Source of the DNA: Gammaproteobacteria bacterium
GTDB taxonomy: Bacteria; Pseudomonadota; Gammaproteobacteria; Eutrophobiales; Eutrophobiaceae
Direction of reading: 5' to 3'
DNA length: 64,000 bases
Assembly: GCA_021773235.1 (NCBI GenBank)
Contig: JAJFKL010000048.1
Location: 44,687-108,686 of the forward strand
The notes below the pieces were generated by a model. That model worked only from the letters and a program-made list of their open reading frames with translations. It did no database searches and was not told the DNA's origin. A program made the translations under genes and the position numbers. Positions 1-10,558 of the stretch are shown in pieces (within the stretch, counting starts at the first letter, position 1; every line of letters begins with the position of its first letter).

Positions 1-206
1 TGCTTCTTGATAACCATGTCTATACCCCTCCTGATATCCGGTTTGATAATCACTACAACCCGTTGCTAATAAGCAGAATATTAAGCCTATTTTAATTTTT
101 GAAGTCATTAGCAATTCAATCCTGCTGCATTGGTTGTAATAATTTTTGACAATTCAGAAAACCAGCTCGTATAGCGACACAATCTGTTCTACTATTTTTT
201 TGACAC

Positions 207-701
207 TTAAACTTGAGCAAGTAATGCGTCAGCGCTACTAGCATCACACGCTAATATGCTTTCTTCTACATTCACTGTAGTCACTACGCCGTCATCAACA
301 ATCATTGAATAACGCTCTGATCGAACACCAAGCCCAAAGTCAGCGAGATCCAGGTTAAGACCTATTGCATTTGTAAAAGCCGCTGTTGGATCACAAAGCA
401 TTTGAATGTTGTCGCCAACACCTTGAGCTTTTGCCCAAGCATCCATAACAAAAGGGTCGTTGATTGAAATACAAACTACGGCATCAACACCTTTCCCAAG
501 TAAGGAATCAGCTACTTTCACAAAACCGGGTAAATGATCAGCAGAACAAACTGGCGTATACGCACCAGGCAAACCAAAAACGGCTACTTTTTTCCCCTTA
601 AAGATTTCATCAGTCGTACTAGTACGAACATCAATCTCAGAATCCGGTCCCATCCACATAAATGAACTTGCCGGGATACTATCCCCTGCTTTAATCGCCA
701 T
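207..701 (-). CDS. Peroxiredoxin (Prx5-like, AhpC/TSA superfamily)
   Basis: 164-aa ORF. FGLPGAYTPVCS peroxidatic-Cys motif and Prx5-type length and layout. Confidence 0.85.
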   Translation of the reverse strand: MAIKAGDSIPASSFMWMGPDSEIDVRTSTTDEIFKGKKVAVFGLPGAYTPVCSADHLPGFVKVADSLLGKGVDAVVCISINDPFVMDAWAKAQGVGDNIQMLCDPTAAFTNAIGLNLDLADFGLGVRSERYSMIVDDGVVTTVNVEESILACDASSADALLAQV

Positions 702-961
702 AACCAGTGCCTCAATATTGTGTAAATCGGACTGTCAGGATAGGAGCCGCACCAATAAATGTCTATCAGTTTTGACTGAGTCTAAATACGACCATATTCA
801 TCAATATATTCAATATGTTATAACTATAGTTATTGACCTTGTTTCTTTATGAGCAGTGTTTATTGATATGATCTCCCGAAACTAATTCATTCCTGATTTT
901 CAATCGTTATAATACCTGTATCTTAAATTTGGCTAATTCACTGTCATAGCAGGAAATAAAT

Positions 962-1873
962 ATGAAATACGACAATATTCTACAAACGATTGGTAACACC
1001 CCCCACATTTCCATCAACAACCTATTTCGAGACGATATTGAAGTCTGGATGAAAACGGAGAGTTTTAATCCATGCAGTAGTATTAAAGATCGTATTGCAA
1101 AAGCGATGATTGAGGATGCTGAAACTAAAGGTTTAATCAATAAAGACACCGTCATTATCGAACCAACTTCTGGCAATACCGGTATAGGTCTGGCTCTCGT
1201 CGCAGCGGTTAAGGGCTATCGTCTAATACTGACAATGCCAGAATCTATGTCTATTGAAAGACGTAAATACATGCAAGCACTCGGTGCAGAATTGGTCTTG
1301 ACTCCTAAAGAACTAGGAATGGGTGGCACTATCGCCAAGGCAATAGAGCTACTTGCTGAAAACCCAAATGGGTGGATGCCACAACAATTTGAAAACCCGG
1401 CAAATTCACAAGCTCATAGAGACACGACTGCTCAGGAAATTTTGGCTGATTTCCCCGATGGAATTGATTATATGATTACTGGCGTTGGCACTGGTGGACA
1501 CATCACTGGTTGTGCAGAGATATTAAAAGAAAATTTTCCAAACTTGAAAGTTCTTGCCGTTGAACCTGAAAAATCTCCCGTCATTAGCGGCGGTGAAAAA
1601 GGATTGCATCGATTGCAAGGTATCGGCGCTGGTTTTGTTCCCGATGTATTAAACGTTGATATTCTTGATGGAACAATACAAGTTTCTGAAGAAGACTCTT
1701 TTGATATGGCACGTCGATGCACAAAGGAAGAAGGCATCTTTATTGGAATCTCTTCTGGCGCAACATTAGCCGCTGTAAAACAAAAAGAAAATGACATTAC
1801 AGCAGGTAGTCGTGTCTTGATTTTTAGTTATGACTCTGGGGAACGCTATCTTTCGATCGAAGATTTATTCTAG
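962..1873 (+). CDS. cysK: Cysteine synthase A (O-acetylserine sulfhydrylase)
   Basis: 303 aa. PLP-Lys context [19 protein letters not shown] loop, [11 protein letters not shown]-terminal SGERYLS. Collinear with E. coli CysK as I remember it. Confidence 0.85.
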   Translation: MKYDNILQTIGNTPHISINNLFRDDIEVWMKTESFNPCSSIKDRIAKAMIEDAETKGLINKDTVIIEPTSGNTGIGLALVAAVKGYRLILTMPESMSIERRKYMQALGAELVLTPKELGMGGTIAKAIELLAENPNGWMPQQFENPANSQAHRDTTAQEILADFPDGIDYMITGVGTGGHITGCAEILKENFPNLKVLAVEPEKSPVISGGEKGLHRLQGIGAGFVPDVLNVDILDGTIQVSEEDSFDMARRCTKEEGIFIGISSGATLAAVKQKENDITAGSRVLIFSYDSGERYLSIEDLF

Positions 1874-1896
1874 ACAAGTCACAAAGTAGTTAACGT

Positions 1897-2763
1897 GTGA
1901 ATACTGAATCACAAATCGAATTTCAAATTAAAGACTTACACAAGTCTTTCTCTGGAAATACGGTTTTAAACGGAATTGATTTAGAGCTCTTTAGCGGAGA
2001 GATGATTGCTATTGTTGGTGGCTCAGGATGCGGCAAAACCGTCCTGCTGAATTCAATATTGGGTCAATATGCCATCGATAAGGGCTGCATCCGTATATTG
2101 GATAGAACGCATGAGCTATGGGGATTAAAAAACCTTAGTGAATTTAGTGCGCTTGATATTGATGACATTCATAAACATTGGGGTGTCGTCTTTCAACGTA
2201 ACGCCCTCTTCTCAGGATCAGTTTATTTTAATATCGCATTGTGGCTAAAAGAAATCAAAGGATTGGAAGACGATGTCATAAAGCCAATTGCAGAACGCGC
2301 GTTAAAGTCAGTTAGCCTACCTATTGACGAACAATTTATGGAGAAAAGCAGTAACGAACTGTCTGGTGGCATGGCCAAGAGACTTGCAATAGCTCGTGCC
2401 ATATCAATGGACCCCTATGTTTTGTTTTATGATGAACCAACAACAGGACTCGATCCGACTAGTTCTACCAAGATTCATGAACTCATTTTTGACATCCATA
2501 ACAGTAAGCTGAAAGATGAATCGAAACGCACTTCAATAATAATAACCCATGATAAAGACTTACTAAGCCGCTTACGTCCAAGGACGATCATGCTACATCA
2601 TGGCAAGGTTCATTTTGATGGGGCTTTTGATGCATTTGAAAAATCACAGTCTGATGTGATTCGACCTTATTTTGAGATGATGCCCGTATTGCATAAAAAA
2701 AATAACGCAGAAATAGAAGTTGATACTAGTCAATATAAACGAAAAGGCTTATTAGTTGATTAA
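1897..2763 (+). CDS. ABC transporter ATP-binding protein (MlaF-like, no adjacent permease)
   Basis: GTG start. Walker A GGSGCGKT, signature LSGGMAKR, Walker B LFYDEPTTGLD. Confidence 0.8.
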   Translation: MNTESQIEFQIKDLHKSFSGNTVLNGIDLELFSGEMIAIVGGSGCGKTVLLNSILGQYAIDKGCIRILDRTHELWGLKNLSEFSALDIDDIHKHWGVVFQRNALFSGSVYFNIALWLKEIKGLEDDVIKPIAERALKSVSLPIDEQFMEKSSNELSGGMAKRLAIARAISMDPYVLFYDEPTTGLDPTSSTKIHELIFDIHNSKLKDESKRTSIIITHDKDLLSRLRPRTIMLHHGKVHFDGAFDAFEKSQSDVIRPYFEMMPVLHKKNNAEIEVDTSQYKRKGLLVD

Positions 2764-2843
2764 TCGTTGTTATTAAAATAACGAGACATCATTAAGACTT
2801 TCCGATCAGCATTAATTGCACTTCCTTGTGCAAACATAAACAA

Positions 2844-3233
2844 CTAAAAGAACTCCTTGTTTGTTCTCAATGAACTTATCCAAGGCTCGTCCCTAGGCAC
2901 CATTTCATTTTTTGGTTTTAGACACAAGCCCATTGCCAAGATATAAGCTAGTGTAGGATTGTCTAACTGATTTTTCCACACTAATTGAACTGCCTGAAAA
3001 GCACGATGTTTCATACTGTCTGTAATTGAAACAGCATTTATTGACTCCAGTAGATCCTGGAGCACAACACCATGTTTAAAGGTATTCGCAGCATGATAAG
3101 CATCATTTGCGAATAACTCACAAGACTGTGTTGTGTAGCTTCTCATGGTGTAATCAATTCCTTGTCCTTGCGCGGGCGAAGGGATGAATATTAACCAAAC
3201 TAATAAATTGGCAATTCTATATAAGTGTTTCAT
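2844..3233 (-). CDS. Hypothetical secreted protein
   Basis: 129-aa ORF with an N-terminal hydrophobic signal-like segment (LLVWLIFIPSPAQG). No family recognised. Confidence 0.45.
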   Translation of the reverse strand: MKHLYRIANLLVWLIFIPSPAQGQGIDYTMRSYTTQSCELFANDAYHAANTFKHGVVLQDLLESINAVSITDSMKHRAFQAVQLVWKNQLDNPTLAYILAMGLCLKPKNEMVPRDEPWISSLRTNKEFF

Positions 3234-3299
3234 TTTACTATCTCATTACTTATGAGCCTCCTGTTGTTTTACGGTTTTTACGTTTAGAACTCTGTTTCC

Positions 3300-3450
3300 T
3301 TTTGTCAGTCGCTCTTCTGCATGGCCCAGACCAGCTTCTCGACCTCACGGTCTCACCTTCTCCATGTAGCCGCGACACTTGGACATCCTGTCCATCGTCC
3401 TGCATTGCTCTACTACGTCACATCCATGTGACTATGCGCGCTCTACCGCC
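3300..3450 (-). ncRNA. Candidate structured RNA: GGA-rich, possibly a Csr/Rsm-type sponge or a CsrA-targeted 5' leader of the 2844..3233 gene
   Basis: Local GC spike in an AT-rich genome. On the minus strand there are five A(N)GGA motifs (complements of plus tcc at 3361, 3386, 3391, 3398, 3423). Two sit in hairpin loops: GGACA-GGA-TGTCC (3381-3393) and TCACA-TGGA-TGTGA (3418-3431). Strand, ends and promoter are not resolved. Confidence 0.3.
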
Positions 3451-3453
3451 TAC

Positions 3454-3485
3454 AAAAAAAGGCCGTAGGTTTATCACCTGCGGCC
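3454..3485 (-). terminator. Rho-independent terminator (minus strand)
   Basis: 9-bp GC-rich stem GGCCGCAGG/CCTACGGCC followed by T7 on the minus strand (A-run 3454-3460 on plus). Confidence 0.7.
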
Positions 3486-3702
3486 TTCTTAAGAGTTACT
3501 CAAACCTAAACTATTAGATCAAATTATTACCCCACAGACACACAGATTTTATAAAGCTGTCGCACATGACTGTGCGATGCCAAATAAAATACTGTTTTTT
3601 CAGAGTTTTTGTTTTCATGAGGTTGCGATATTCTGCCTAATTTTAATAGTTATGAGGCTTAGTCATATATAAATCTGCAAAAGTTCATATTATTTTCTTT
3701 AT

Positions 3703-4635
3703 CTATGCTTTCTGTTTATCTTTATCTTCATCTTGAGTCACTCCATATTTCTCCCATAGCTCTTTAGCAAGGGCATGCCCTTCTTTTCGTTCGTCAACAG
3801 TCATATATGCTTCGATCTTATCGCGTAACTTCTCTGCTTGCTTATAACCTCCAGCAGCAACTATACCTACCCAGGCATATGCCTGAATAAAATCTTGTTC
3901 CACTTTAATGCCCTCGAAATACATTGCACCGAGATAATATTGTGCCATTATATTTTTTTGATATGCCGCATCAACAAACCATGTCATAGCCTCTATATCA
4001 TTCTGCGGAACACCCAAACCTTCCTGATACATATTAAGTAGATTTTTTTGAGAATTAAAAATACCTTGAGCTGCAGCTTTTCTATACCATTCTATTGCAA
4101 CAGTGTAATCTTGATTTATACCAAGGCCATTTTCGTACATAACACCTAAATCGTGCTGAGCACTAGCAGTCCCTTTCTCTGCAGCCTTGCGATACCATTT
4201 AGCCGCTTCTTTATAATCTTGTTTAACACCTATTCCATCATGAAACATATAACCCAAATTTGCTTCAGCTTCGGCATTACCTTGAACAGCAGCATTACGA
4301 GCCCATTTCAATGCAAGCCAATAATCACGCTTTACGCCAAGGCCGATAATATATAGCTGCGCTAATCTTATCTGTGATTCCGCCACTCCACCTTTTGCCG
4401 CCTTCTGGTACCATTCAGCCGCTTGAGCATAATCACGCTCAACGCCAAGTCCCCTTTCATAGATTAAACCAATATAGTTTTGAGCCATGCTATTGCCCGA
4501 CTCGGCAATTGGAGTCAATTTTTTAAGTGCCGTTTCATATTCATTTGCATGAAATGCTTCAGCCGCTATATCAAATTCTGATTGTCCACAGGCCGACAAA
4601 ACTAAAATCAATAATAAACAAATATGATTTTTCAT
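3703..4635 (-). CDS. Sel1-repeat (SLR/TPR-like) lipoprotein
   Basis: Lipobox LSAC-G. About 7 tandem about 36-aa Sel1 repeats (..A.WY.KAA.QG.A.AQ..LG.MY..G.GV..D..). Confidence 0.8.
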   Translation of the reverse strand: MKNHICLLLILVLSACGQSEFDIAAEAFHANEYETALKKLTPIAESGNSMAQNYIGLIYERGLGVERDYAQAAEWYQKAAKGGVAESQIRLAQLYIIGLGVKRDYWLALKWARNAAVQGNAEAEANLGYMFHDGIGVKQDYKEAAKWYRKAAEKGTASAQHDLGVMYENGLGINQDYTVAIEWYRKAAAQGIFNSQKNLLNMYQEGLGVPQNDIEAMTWFVDAAYQKNIMAQYYLGAMYFEGIKVEQDFIQAYAWVGIVAAGGYKQAEKLRDKIEAYMTVDERKEGHALAKELWEKYGVTQDEDKDKQKA

Positions 4636-6305
4636 ATGACAAATAACGCGGCAATAATCGCAGCCATTAATAGATAATATGTGGTCGGTATAATTGTTTT
4701 ACGTATCAAGTTACCTTCTTGACCAGAAAGACCACATGTTGCTGAAGCAGCAACAATATTATGAATACAAATCATATTTCCAGCTGCACCACCTATCGCT
4801 TGTAAAGCAACAATTAGTAATGGCGATAACCCTGTTTTAATTCCGACGCCAAATTGAAACAAGGAGAACGTAAGATTACTAATAGTATTGCTCCCCGCAA
4901 TAAACGCACCTAATGCACCTATCGGCGCAGAGAATATTGGCCACGCCTGACCAGAAAATGATGCAATTGTTTGGGCTAATTCAATCGGCATACTCGCTAG
5001 TCCAGCAGAATTAATATCAGATTGAATAAATATACGTACCATAGGGACAGCAAAAATTAGTACAACAGCTGCATTTTTGAATGCTCTTGCAGTGCTTTTT
5101 ACAGCAGCAAAAACTTCAGGCTTTGACATTCGGTACAAGGGAAGACAAATAAGTGCAACTAAAATAAAAATACTACCTGGCAGATAAAGAAAATTAATTG
5201 AAGCATTAATATTAGTATTTAAGATTGTCGGTATTGATAGTTTGAAACCCGCTAAAAATGACTTAAAGGGCAATTCTGGTAAGCGCGTAATAACTAACAA
5301 AAAACCGATAAGTGCATATGGTAAACATGCTTTCCAAATTGGTATTGCTTTCTTATCTCCAGCAACTTCATGGACGGGCTCCGATGCTTTCCAGTTAGCC
5401 AACCAATCAGCCTTATCAGGAAACCGCCATACTTTTTCAGGTTGAAATAACCCGCGTTTAGCGGCTGTTGTCGTTGCAATTAAAGCAACAAGACCGCCAA
5501 TCAATGATGGAAATTCTGGGCCAAGCAGGTTTGCAAATACGGCATAAGGCACAACAAATGTTAAACCCGCAAATAATGCAAACTTCCAAACTTCAAATCC
5601 CTCTCGCCAACTACGATTTGTACCAAAAAAGCGAGTCAAGAGTGTGACTACAAATAAAGGTATGACAAAACCAATGCCTGCATGGATTAATGCTACTTTG
5701 CCACCGATCAAGAAAACAAGTTCATCTAATGATCCAATATGATCTTGCGTTGCTATATAAGCATCAACAATGGCTTGCCCAGCCAAACCATCGTGCACGC
5801 CTATTAATATTGGCGTGCCTGCAGCGCCAAATGATACCGGTGTACTTTGTATAATTAAGGCGCACATTACTGCTGCTAACGGAGGAAACCCTAAGACAAC
5901 TAATAATGGTCCTGCAACTGCAGCAGGCGTACCAAAACCGGACGCCCCTTCTATAAATGCACCGAAGGCCCATGCAATGATGATTACTTGTATTCTTGGG
6001 TCAGGAGATATTTGCGTAAACGCATTTCGAATTGTTGAAACAACGCCAGAGTGCACTAATACAAACAGTAGCAATAAGGCTCCAAAAACAATATAAAGAA
6101 CCTTTCCAGCTATGATTAATCCTTCAATGCTGGCAGCCGCTATCGTTACTGGTTCGACATGCCAATAAAACATGGCAAGTAAAACGGTAACGACGAGGCC
6201 AATAGGCATGGTTCGTTTCGCTGACCATTGCCAAATAACTAGCAATAAAAAAACAATAGCGAGTGGTGTAATAGCAATTAATGCAGACATCAGCGAATTG
6301 TACAA
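4632..6305 (-). CDS. L-lactate/glycolate permease family (LctP) transporter
   Basis: 557 aa, polytopic. [26 protein letters not shown] block collinear with E. coli LldP as recalled. ATGA overlap with the downstream Sel1 gene. Confidence 0.8.
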   Translation of the reverse strand: MYNSLMSALIAITPLAIVFLLLVIWQWSAKRTMPIGLVVTVLLAMFYWHVEPVTIAAASIEGLIIAGKVLYIVFGALLLLFVLVHSGVVSTIRNAFTQISPDPRIQVIIIAWAFGAFIEGASGFGTPAAVAGPLLVVLGFPPLAAVMCALIIQSTPVSFGAAGTPILIGVHDGLAGQAIVDAYIATQDHIGSLDELVFLIGGKVALIHAGIGFVIPLFVVTLLTRFFGTNRSWREGFEVWKFALFAGLTFVVPYAVFANLLGPEFPSLIGGLVALIATTTAAKRGLFQPEKVWRFPDKADWLANWKASEPVHEVAGDKKAIPIWKACLPYALIGFLLVITRLPELPFKSFLAGFKLSIPTILNTNINASINFLYLPGSIFILVALICLPLYRMSKPEVFAAVKSTARAFKNAAVVLIFAVPMVRIFIQSDINSAGLASMPIELAQTIASFSGQAWPIFSAPIGALGAFIAGSNTISNLTFSLFQFGVGIKTGLSPLLIVALQAIGGAAGNMICIHNIVAASATCGLSGQEGNLIRKTIIPTTYYLLMAAIIAALFVI

Positions 6306-6356
6306 TTAAACCAAATATTTTTCCGATCTTATCAATAATCCTTCATAGGAGCGTTA

Positions 6357-6920
6357 TTAAGCAGTAACAAAATAGATAATATTCACAACAACGACAATTA
6401 AAATACCTATTGTGATTATTTTGACAGGGCTCTTGTTTTTTATCGTAGGTATTACCGGTACTGAACTCTGTTCATCAGCATCTTTATTATCAGGTTTTGG
6501 AACTTTATCTTTATTTAATTCTTCTTCTGGCTCTGTTTCTTCGAGTTCATCAGCTAATTCATGCTCTCTATTTTCAGAATATAGTCTGCAACACATCTCA
6601 CCAATAAGTTGCTCGCCGTTAGCACCCCAATAGACTTCAACACTTTCAGGTAGGTTGTTTTTATCGATATGGACTGAGGAATTGAATGTGGCCTTCAAAC
6701 TGTTTTCTACAACACCATAACCATAGATATAGAGTAATTCATCCGTTCCGGGAATTTTGATATGTAATTCATCTAGTAAGAGGTTTTGAGGCAGGGGTGG
6801 TTTTGTAGTAATGATGGCATCAATATCCCCGATTGCTTCGCCTTCACCGTGAATCAAACTGTCTTTAAACTCAAAGATGACGGTCTCGCCATCAATCGTA
6901 ACAGAATATTCTTTATCCAT
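6357..6920 (-). CDS. Hypothetical tail-anchored protein (acidic linker plus C-terminal TM helix)
   Basis: 187-aa ORF. C-terminal IITIGILIVVVVNIIYFV helix. No family recognised. Confidence 0.4.
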   Translation of the reverse strand: MDKEYSVTIDGETVIFEFKDSLIHGEGEAIGDIDAIITTKPPLPQNLLLDELHIKIPGTDELLYIYGYGVVENSLKATFNSSVHIDKNNLPESVEVYWGANGEQLIGEMCCRLYSENREHELADELEETEPEEELNKDKVPKPDNKDADEQSSVPVIPTIKNKSPVKIITIGILIVVVVNIIYFVTA

Positions 6921-6995
6921 TGAATTACCCCCGCCACATTGAGCAACAAAGCTATCATATTCTGTAGAACTACTTAAGGAGGTTTAAGAAAAATA

Positions 6996-8177
6996 TCACA
7001 ATTCAGCCGATTTTATTTGCTCCTTCATTTGCAATGCAGCAATTGCATAACCGCCATCAGCTGCATCTACAAAATGAAAATGTTCGCCTACTCGGTTGTC
7101 AATCATGCAGGTCATTAAGGCTGAATTTGAGACATGTATTCCGTAGACACATTCTTTATTAGTATATTTTTCTTTTAAATAAGCAACCAATTCTTCACGC
7201 TGCTTTTTTGTGCCCGAAATTACTTGTCGTAAGATACCATCAAATTTTTTGAAATCAGTATTACTAATTAATTCGGACTTATATGATCCCCAAGCTACTC
7301 CCGCGACATTCAATTTAAACGTCATGAATACCCATCCTAAGATATTTTGAATATATAACTTCACCCAATAATTTAAAATTGAAAATGTGCTTTCTTTGTG
7401 TGTTCTGACACTGACTTCATTTTTTAACTTGTTTATGTTGCTAGTTAAACTTAGGCCCGCTTCATGAACAGGTTGGCATTCATCATCAGCCCCATATATA
7501 TGTTGTATCTTTACAATAATATCATTGTAAATTTTTGACTCTTCATCTATTGAAGCTGCGAGAACCTTGACGATCAATGCAATCGTTTCGCCATGCTTGC
7601 TTGGTATGTTGTTCCAACGACATTCCAGGCCAGAGTAATCTGTCTTCGTCTCCTCACCCATATTCTCAAAACGGAATTGTTGCCCTGCTTTATCATCTTT
7701 GATTAGATTTTCTGCATACTCTATACCGCCACCGGAGAACGCAGCTTGAGTATAATGTTCGGACATTCTATAACGAGAAACCAAAACCTCATGTCCTGCA
7801 CTTCTAACAACCGCAATAGGAACAATACCAACTCTCAGGTTAAGACCGAATTGCTTTTCAGCCATGTACTTTGTTGCTATTAATGCTTTTTTTGCTTTTT
7901 CTACAAGACTAGCCGGGATACATAATGATGCTCCATCACCACCAAACATAGAAGGTAACAGAATAAGCGGGGAGATATTCTTTATAGCAGTTATAATTGA
8001 GACCCCTACAATATTAACGGCTTTATATTTTCCTGCCTTTATCGCACCGGTTGAATTCTGGATGTCTGCAGAAACAATCAACCAGTCATCAGGCAATTTT
8101 GAATACTTTGATAGAACAGATACAACTGAAAAATCAGCATGCACCGGGAGTTTCGAATAAAATTCATCTGAAGACAT
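6996..8177 (-). CDS. DUF3095-like protein (nucleotidyl-cyclase/GGDEF-like fold)
   Basis: 393 aa. N-terminal VSADIQNST...FGGDGASLCIP resembles the metal-binding strands of cyclase-fold proteins. Family assignment is from memory. Confidence 0.55.
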   Translation of the reverse strand: MSSDEFYSKLPVHADFSVVSVLSKYSKLPDDWLIVSADIQNSTGAIKAGKYKAVNIVGVSIITAIKNISPLILLPSMFGGDGASLCIPASLVEKAKKALIATKYMAEKQFGLNLRVGIVPIAVVRSAGHEVLVSRYRMSEHYTQAAFSGGGIEYAENLIKDDKAGQQFRFENMGEETKTDYSGLECRWNNIPSKHGETIALIVKVLAASIDEESKIYNDIIVKIQHIYGADDECQPVHEAGLSLTSNINKLKNEVSVRTHKESTFSILNYWVKLYIQNILGWVFMTFKLNVAGVAWGSYKSELISNTDFKKFDGILRQVISGTKKQREELVAYLKEKYTNKECVYGIHVSNSALMTCMIDNRVGEHFHFVDAADGGYAIAALQMKEQIKSAEL

Positions 8178-8306
8178 GCTGAATAATTATTGCAAATGAA
8201 CCGTATTTATACCATAAATTGAAAAATCGATCTGCAAGCACTCAACATTGTGAAACGACAATAGTTAAGATTGATGTAACAATTATAATCCAAACCCGGC
8301 AGACTT

Positions 8307-8320
8307 TTGATATAGATCAA
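8307..8320. promoter_or_regulatory. Perfect FNR/ANR-type box TTGAT-ATAG-ATCAA
   Basis: Exact match to TTGAT-N4-ATCAA in the divergent intergenic region between DUF3095 (start 8177) and DUF1538 (start 8418). Confidence 0.6.
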
Positions 8321-8417
8321 TTAGCTTAATTTTACGAATTTTATACTTTATATATAATGGGTGTCGTATCCAGTTACCCGTAATTGCTGTCAATAATTAT
8401 TAACTTAGAAATAAACC

Positions 8418-10196
8418 ATGCCTATATTAAAACATATCCGATTTGGTGCCTTCGTACGCGAGATTACAATGCACCAACAAGAGATCAGCTATAATGATTT
8501 GGCTCCAGAAATCAAACAAGACCAGGATGGTAATGATTTGGCTTATCGTCCGGGCAAACTTAAAGTGCGCTCAATTGATGTCTATCGTCTGGCACAACCC
8601 TATTTTAAGGTTCGTTTAATCGACCAAATAAAAGCTGTCTTACCATTAGCTGTTTATCTGATTTTATTTCAACTATTGATACTACGTCAGAATGTTACAG
8701 ATTCATGGGTTATTACAGCAGGTTTAATGTCCGTAATTTTTGGACTTATGTTTTTTATTGAAGGCTTAAAAGTTGGACTCATGCCTTTTGGTGAGACCAT
8801 AGGCAATATATTGCCATCAAAGGCGAGACTGGCAACTGTATTATTCATTGTCTTTTTGCTAGGTATAGGCGTTACATTTGCTGAGCCTGCTATAGGTGCA
8901 CTAAAAACAGCTGGCGCAATAGTCAATGTTGAACGTGCACCCTATTTATATTCATTATTAAACTCATGGTCAGAAGTGCTGGTGTTAATGGTTGGTATGG
9001 GTGTTGGTCTTGCCGCGGTTTTGGGAACACTCCGGTTTATTTATGGCTGGAGCTTAAAACCACTGATATACATGTCATTGATACCGACCATTGGTTTGAC
9101 AATCTATATAATGGGCGACAGTGAACTTAGCAAAATATTGGGTCTCGCATGGGATTGTGGTGCTGTAACTACCGGGCCTGTTACAGTGCCTCTAGTACTT
9201 TCACTAGGCATTGGTATTGCCACAGCCGCTGGCAAAGGCCGGTCATCGTTATCCGGGTTTGGCATTGTCACTCTCGCATCATTATTTCCTATCATCGCCG
9301 TTCAAATACTGGCTATTTTTGTTTCCTTTGCAGAAACACCCGAAATGATTATTAGTGAGGCTGCCTCTATCAGCAACTTATCAAACACCTTGAGTTGGCA
9401 CGAAACAACACCTTACGTTGAATTGCTATCCGGTATTCGCGCCATTGTTCCATTAGTATTATTTTTGATGTTTATACTCATTTATATACTTAAAGAGAAA
9501 ATCAAACATCCAGGCACCATTGCTTATGGAATTTCCCTGTCTGTAATAGGTATGATTATTTTCAATGTTGGCCTGAGCTATGGCTTGTCCAAGTTAGGAG
9601 GTCAGTCTGGTGGTCTAGTGCCTGGCGCCTTCACAAAGATCGAGCTTATCAGCGAATCACCTTTATATAACTTTGCATTAGGCATGTCGATTGCGCTTGC
9701 TTTTGCATGGATACTTGGTTTTGGCGCAACGCTGGCCGAGCCGGCATTAAACGCTTTAGGCATGACCGTGGAAAACCTGACTAATGGCGCTTTTAGAAAA
9801 AAGTTATTGATGCACGCTGTTTCGTTTGGTGTTGGCTGTGGTATAGCAATAGGCATCTTTAAAATTATATTTTCCATACCGATCGCCTACATTATTATCC
9901 CCGGTTATTTAATTGCTATCGTTTTGACATACTTTTCAACTGAAGAGTTTGTCAATATTGCCTGGGACAGTGCTGGCGTTACAACAGGCCCGGTAACTGT
10001 ACCTTTAGTGTTAGCGATGGGGTTAGGCTTTGGTGAAGCAGTTGGGGCGATAGAAGGCTTTGGTATTTTATCTATGGCATCAATTGGCCCAATCATTTCT
10101 GTTATGGCTACTGGCTTGTGGATACAATGGAAAGTTAACAAACGCCGAGAACGTGAAGATGAATTAGTTGAATCTCTTGAAGGAGTTGACTCATGA
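8418..10196 (+). CDS. DUF1538-family integral membrane protein (two fused DUF1538 halves)
   Basis: 592 aa, polytopic. The motif AWD(C/S)..VTTGPVTVPLVL..G.G occurs once in each half. The gene is followed by PII-like genes, as is typical for this family (from memory). Confidence 0.7.
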   Translation: MPILKHIRFGAFVREITMHQQEISYNDLAPEIKQDQDGNDLAYRPGKLKVRSIDVYRLAQPYFKVRLIDQIKAVLPLAVYLILFQLLILRQNVTDSWVITAGLMSVIFGLMFFIEGLKVGLMPFGETIGNILPSKARLATVLFIVFLLGIGVTFAEPAIGALKTAGAIVNVERAPYLYSLLNSWSEVLVLMVGMGVGLAAVLGTLRFIYGWSLKPLIYMSLIPTIGLTIYIMGDSELSKILGLAWDCGAVTTGPVTVPLVLSLGIGIATAAGKGRSSLSGFGIVTLASLFPIIAVQILAIFVSFAETPEMIISEAASISNLSNTLSWHETTPYVELLSGIRAIVPLVLFLMFILIYILKEKIKHPGTIAYGISLSVIGMIIFNVGLSYGLSKLGGQSGGLVPGAFTKIELISESPLYNFALGMSIALAFAWILGFGATLAEPALNALGMTVENLTNGAFRKKLLMHAVSFGVGCGIAIGIFKIIFSIPIAYIIIPGYLIAIVLTYFSTEEFVNIAWDSAGVTTGPVTVPLVLAMGLGFGEAVGAIEGFGILSMASIGPIISVMATGLWIQWKVNKRREREDELVESLEGVDS

Positions 10197-10558
10197 GTAA
10201 ACGCAATATCGTTGTATTAACCGATGTAGCATTAATAACGTGCATAATTCAAAAAGGATGCGCAGACACTATAGTAAAGGCTGCCCAAGATGGTGGTGCT
10301 CAAGGTGCAACTGTATTTTATGCGCGAGGCAGTGGCGTTAGAGAAAGGCTTGGCGTGCTCGGAATTGCTGTCGAAGTTGAAAAAGAAATTATCAATATTG
10401 TTGTTGCTACTGATCAAATTGATCGTATATTTGAAAAAATATATCTGGCGGGAAACCTTGATACGCCTGGCATGGGCTTCATGTATGTTACTCCTTTGGA
10501 AAAGGCCGCTACTTACATACCTACAGAAATTGCTGACAAACTTACTACGGAAGTTTAA
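10193..10558 (+). CDS. PII-like (GlnB superfamily) signal-transduction protein
   Basis: 121 aa. beta-alpha-beta/T-loop-like/beta-alpha-beta pattern (ITCIIQKG.AD.IV..A...GA.GATVF.ARG.G...EKEIINIVV). ATGA overlap with the DUF1538 gene. Confidence 0.65.
   Translation: MSKRNIVVLTDVALITCIIQKGCADTIVKAAQDGGAQGATVFYARGSGVRERLGVLGIAVEVEKEIINIVVATDQIDRIFEKIYLAGNLDTPGMGFMYVTPLEKAATYIPTEIADKLTTEV

Noticed and set aside
907-1797. Antisense or shadow ORFs inside cysK (907..1176, 1468..1797). Similar ORFs lie inside lctP, DUF1538, katG, haoA, nrdJa, ettA, trhO and others in the track.
   Set aside because: They lie entirely within, and opposite to or out of frame with, long ORFs that carry clear family motifs. 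Their products are low-complexity. These are typical shadow ORFs.
3302-3517. 71-aa plus-strand ORF in the GC-rich segment
   Set aside because: No Shine-Dalgarno sequence and a low-complexity Pro/Ser/Leu/Cys-rich product. It spans a terminator hairpin. The open frame is best explained by local GC richness of a structured non-coding region.
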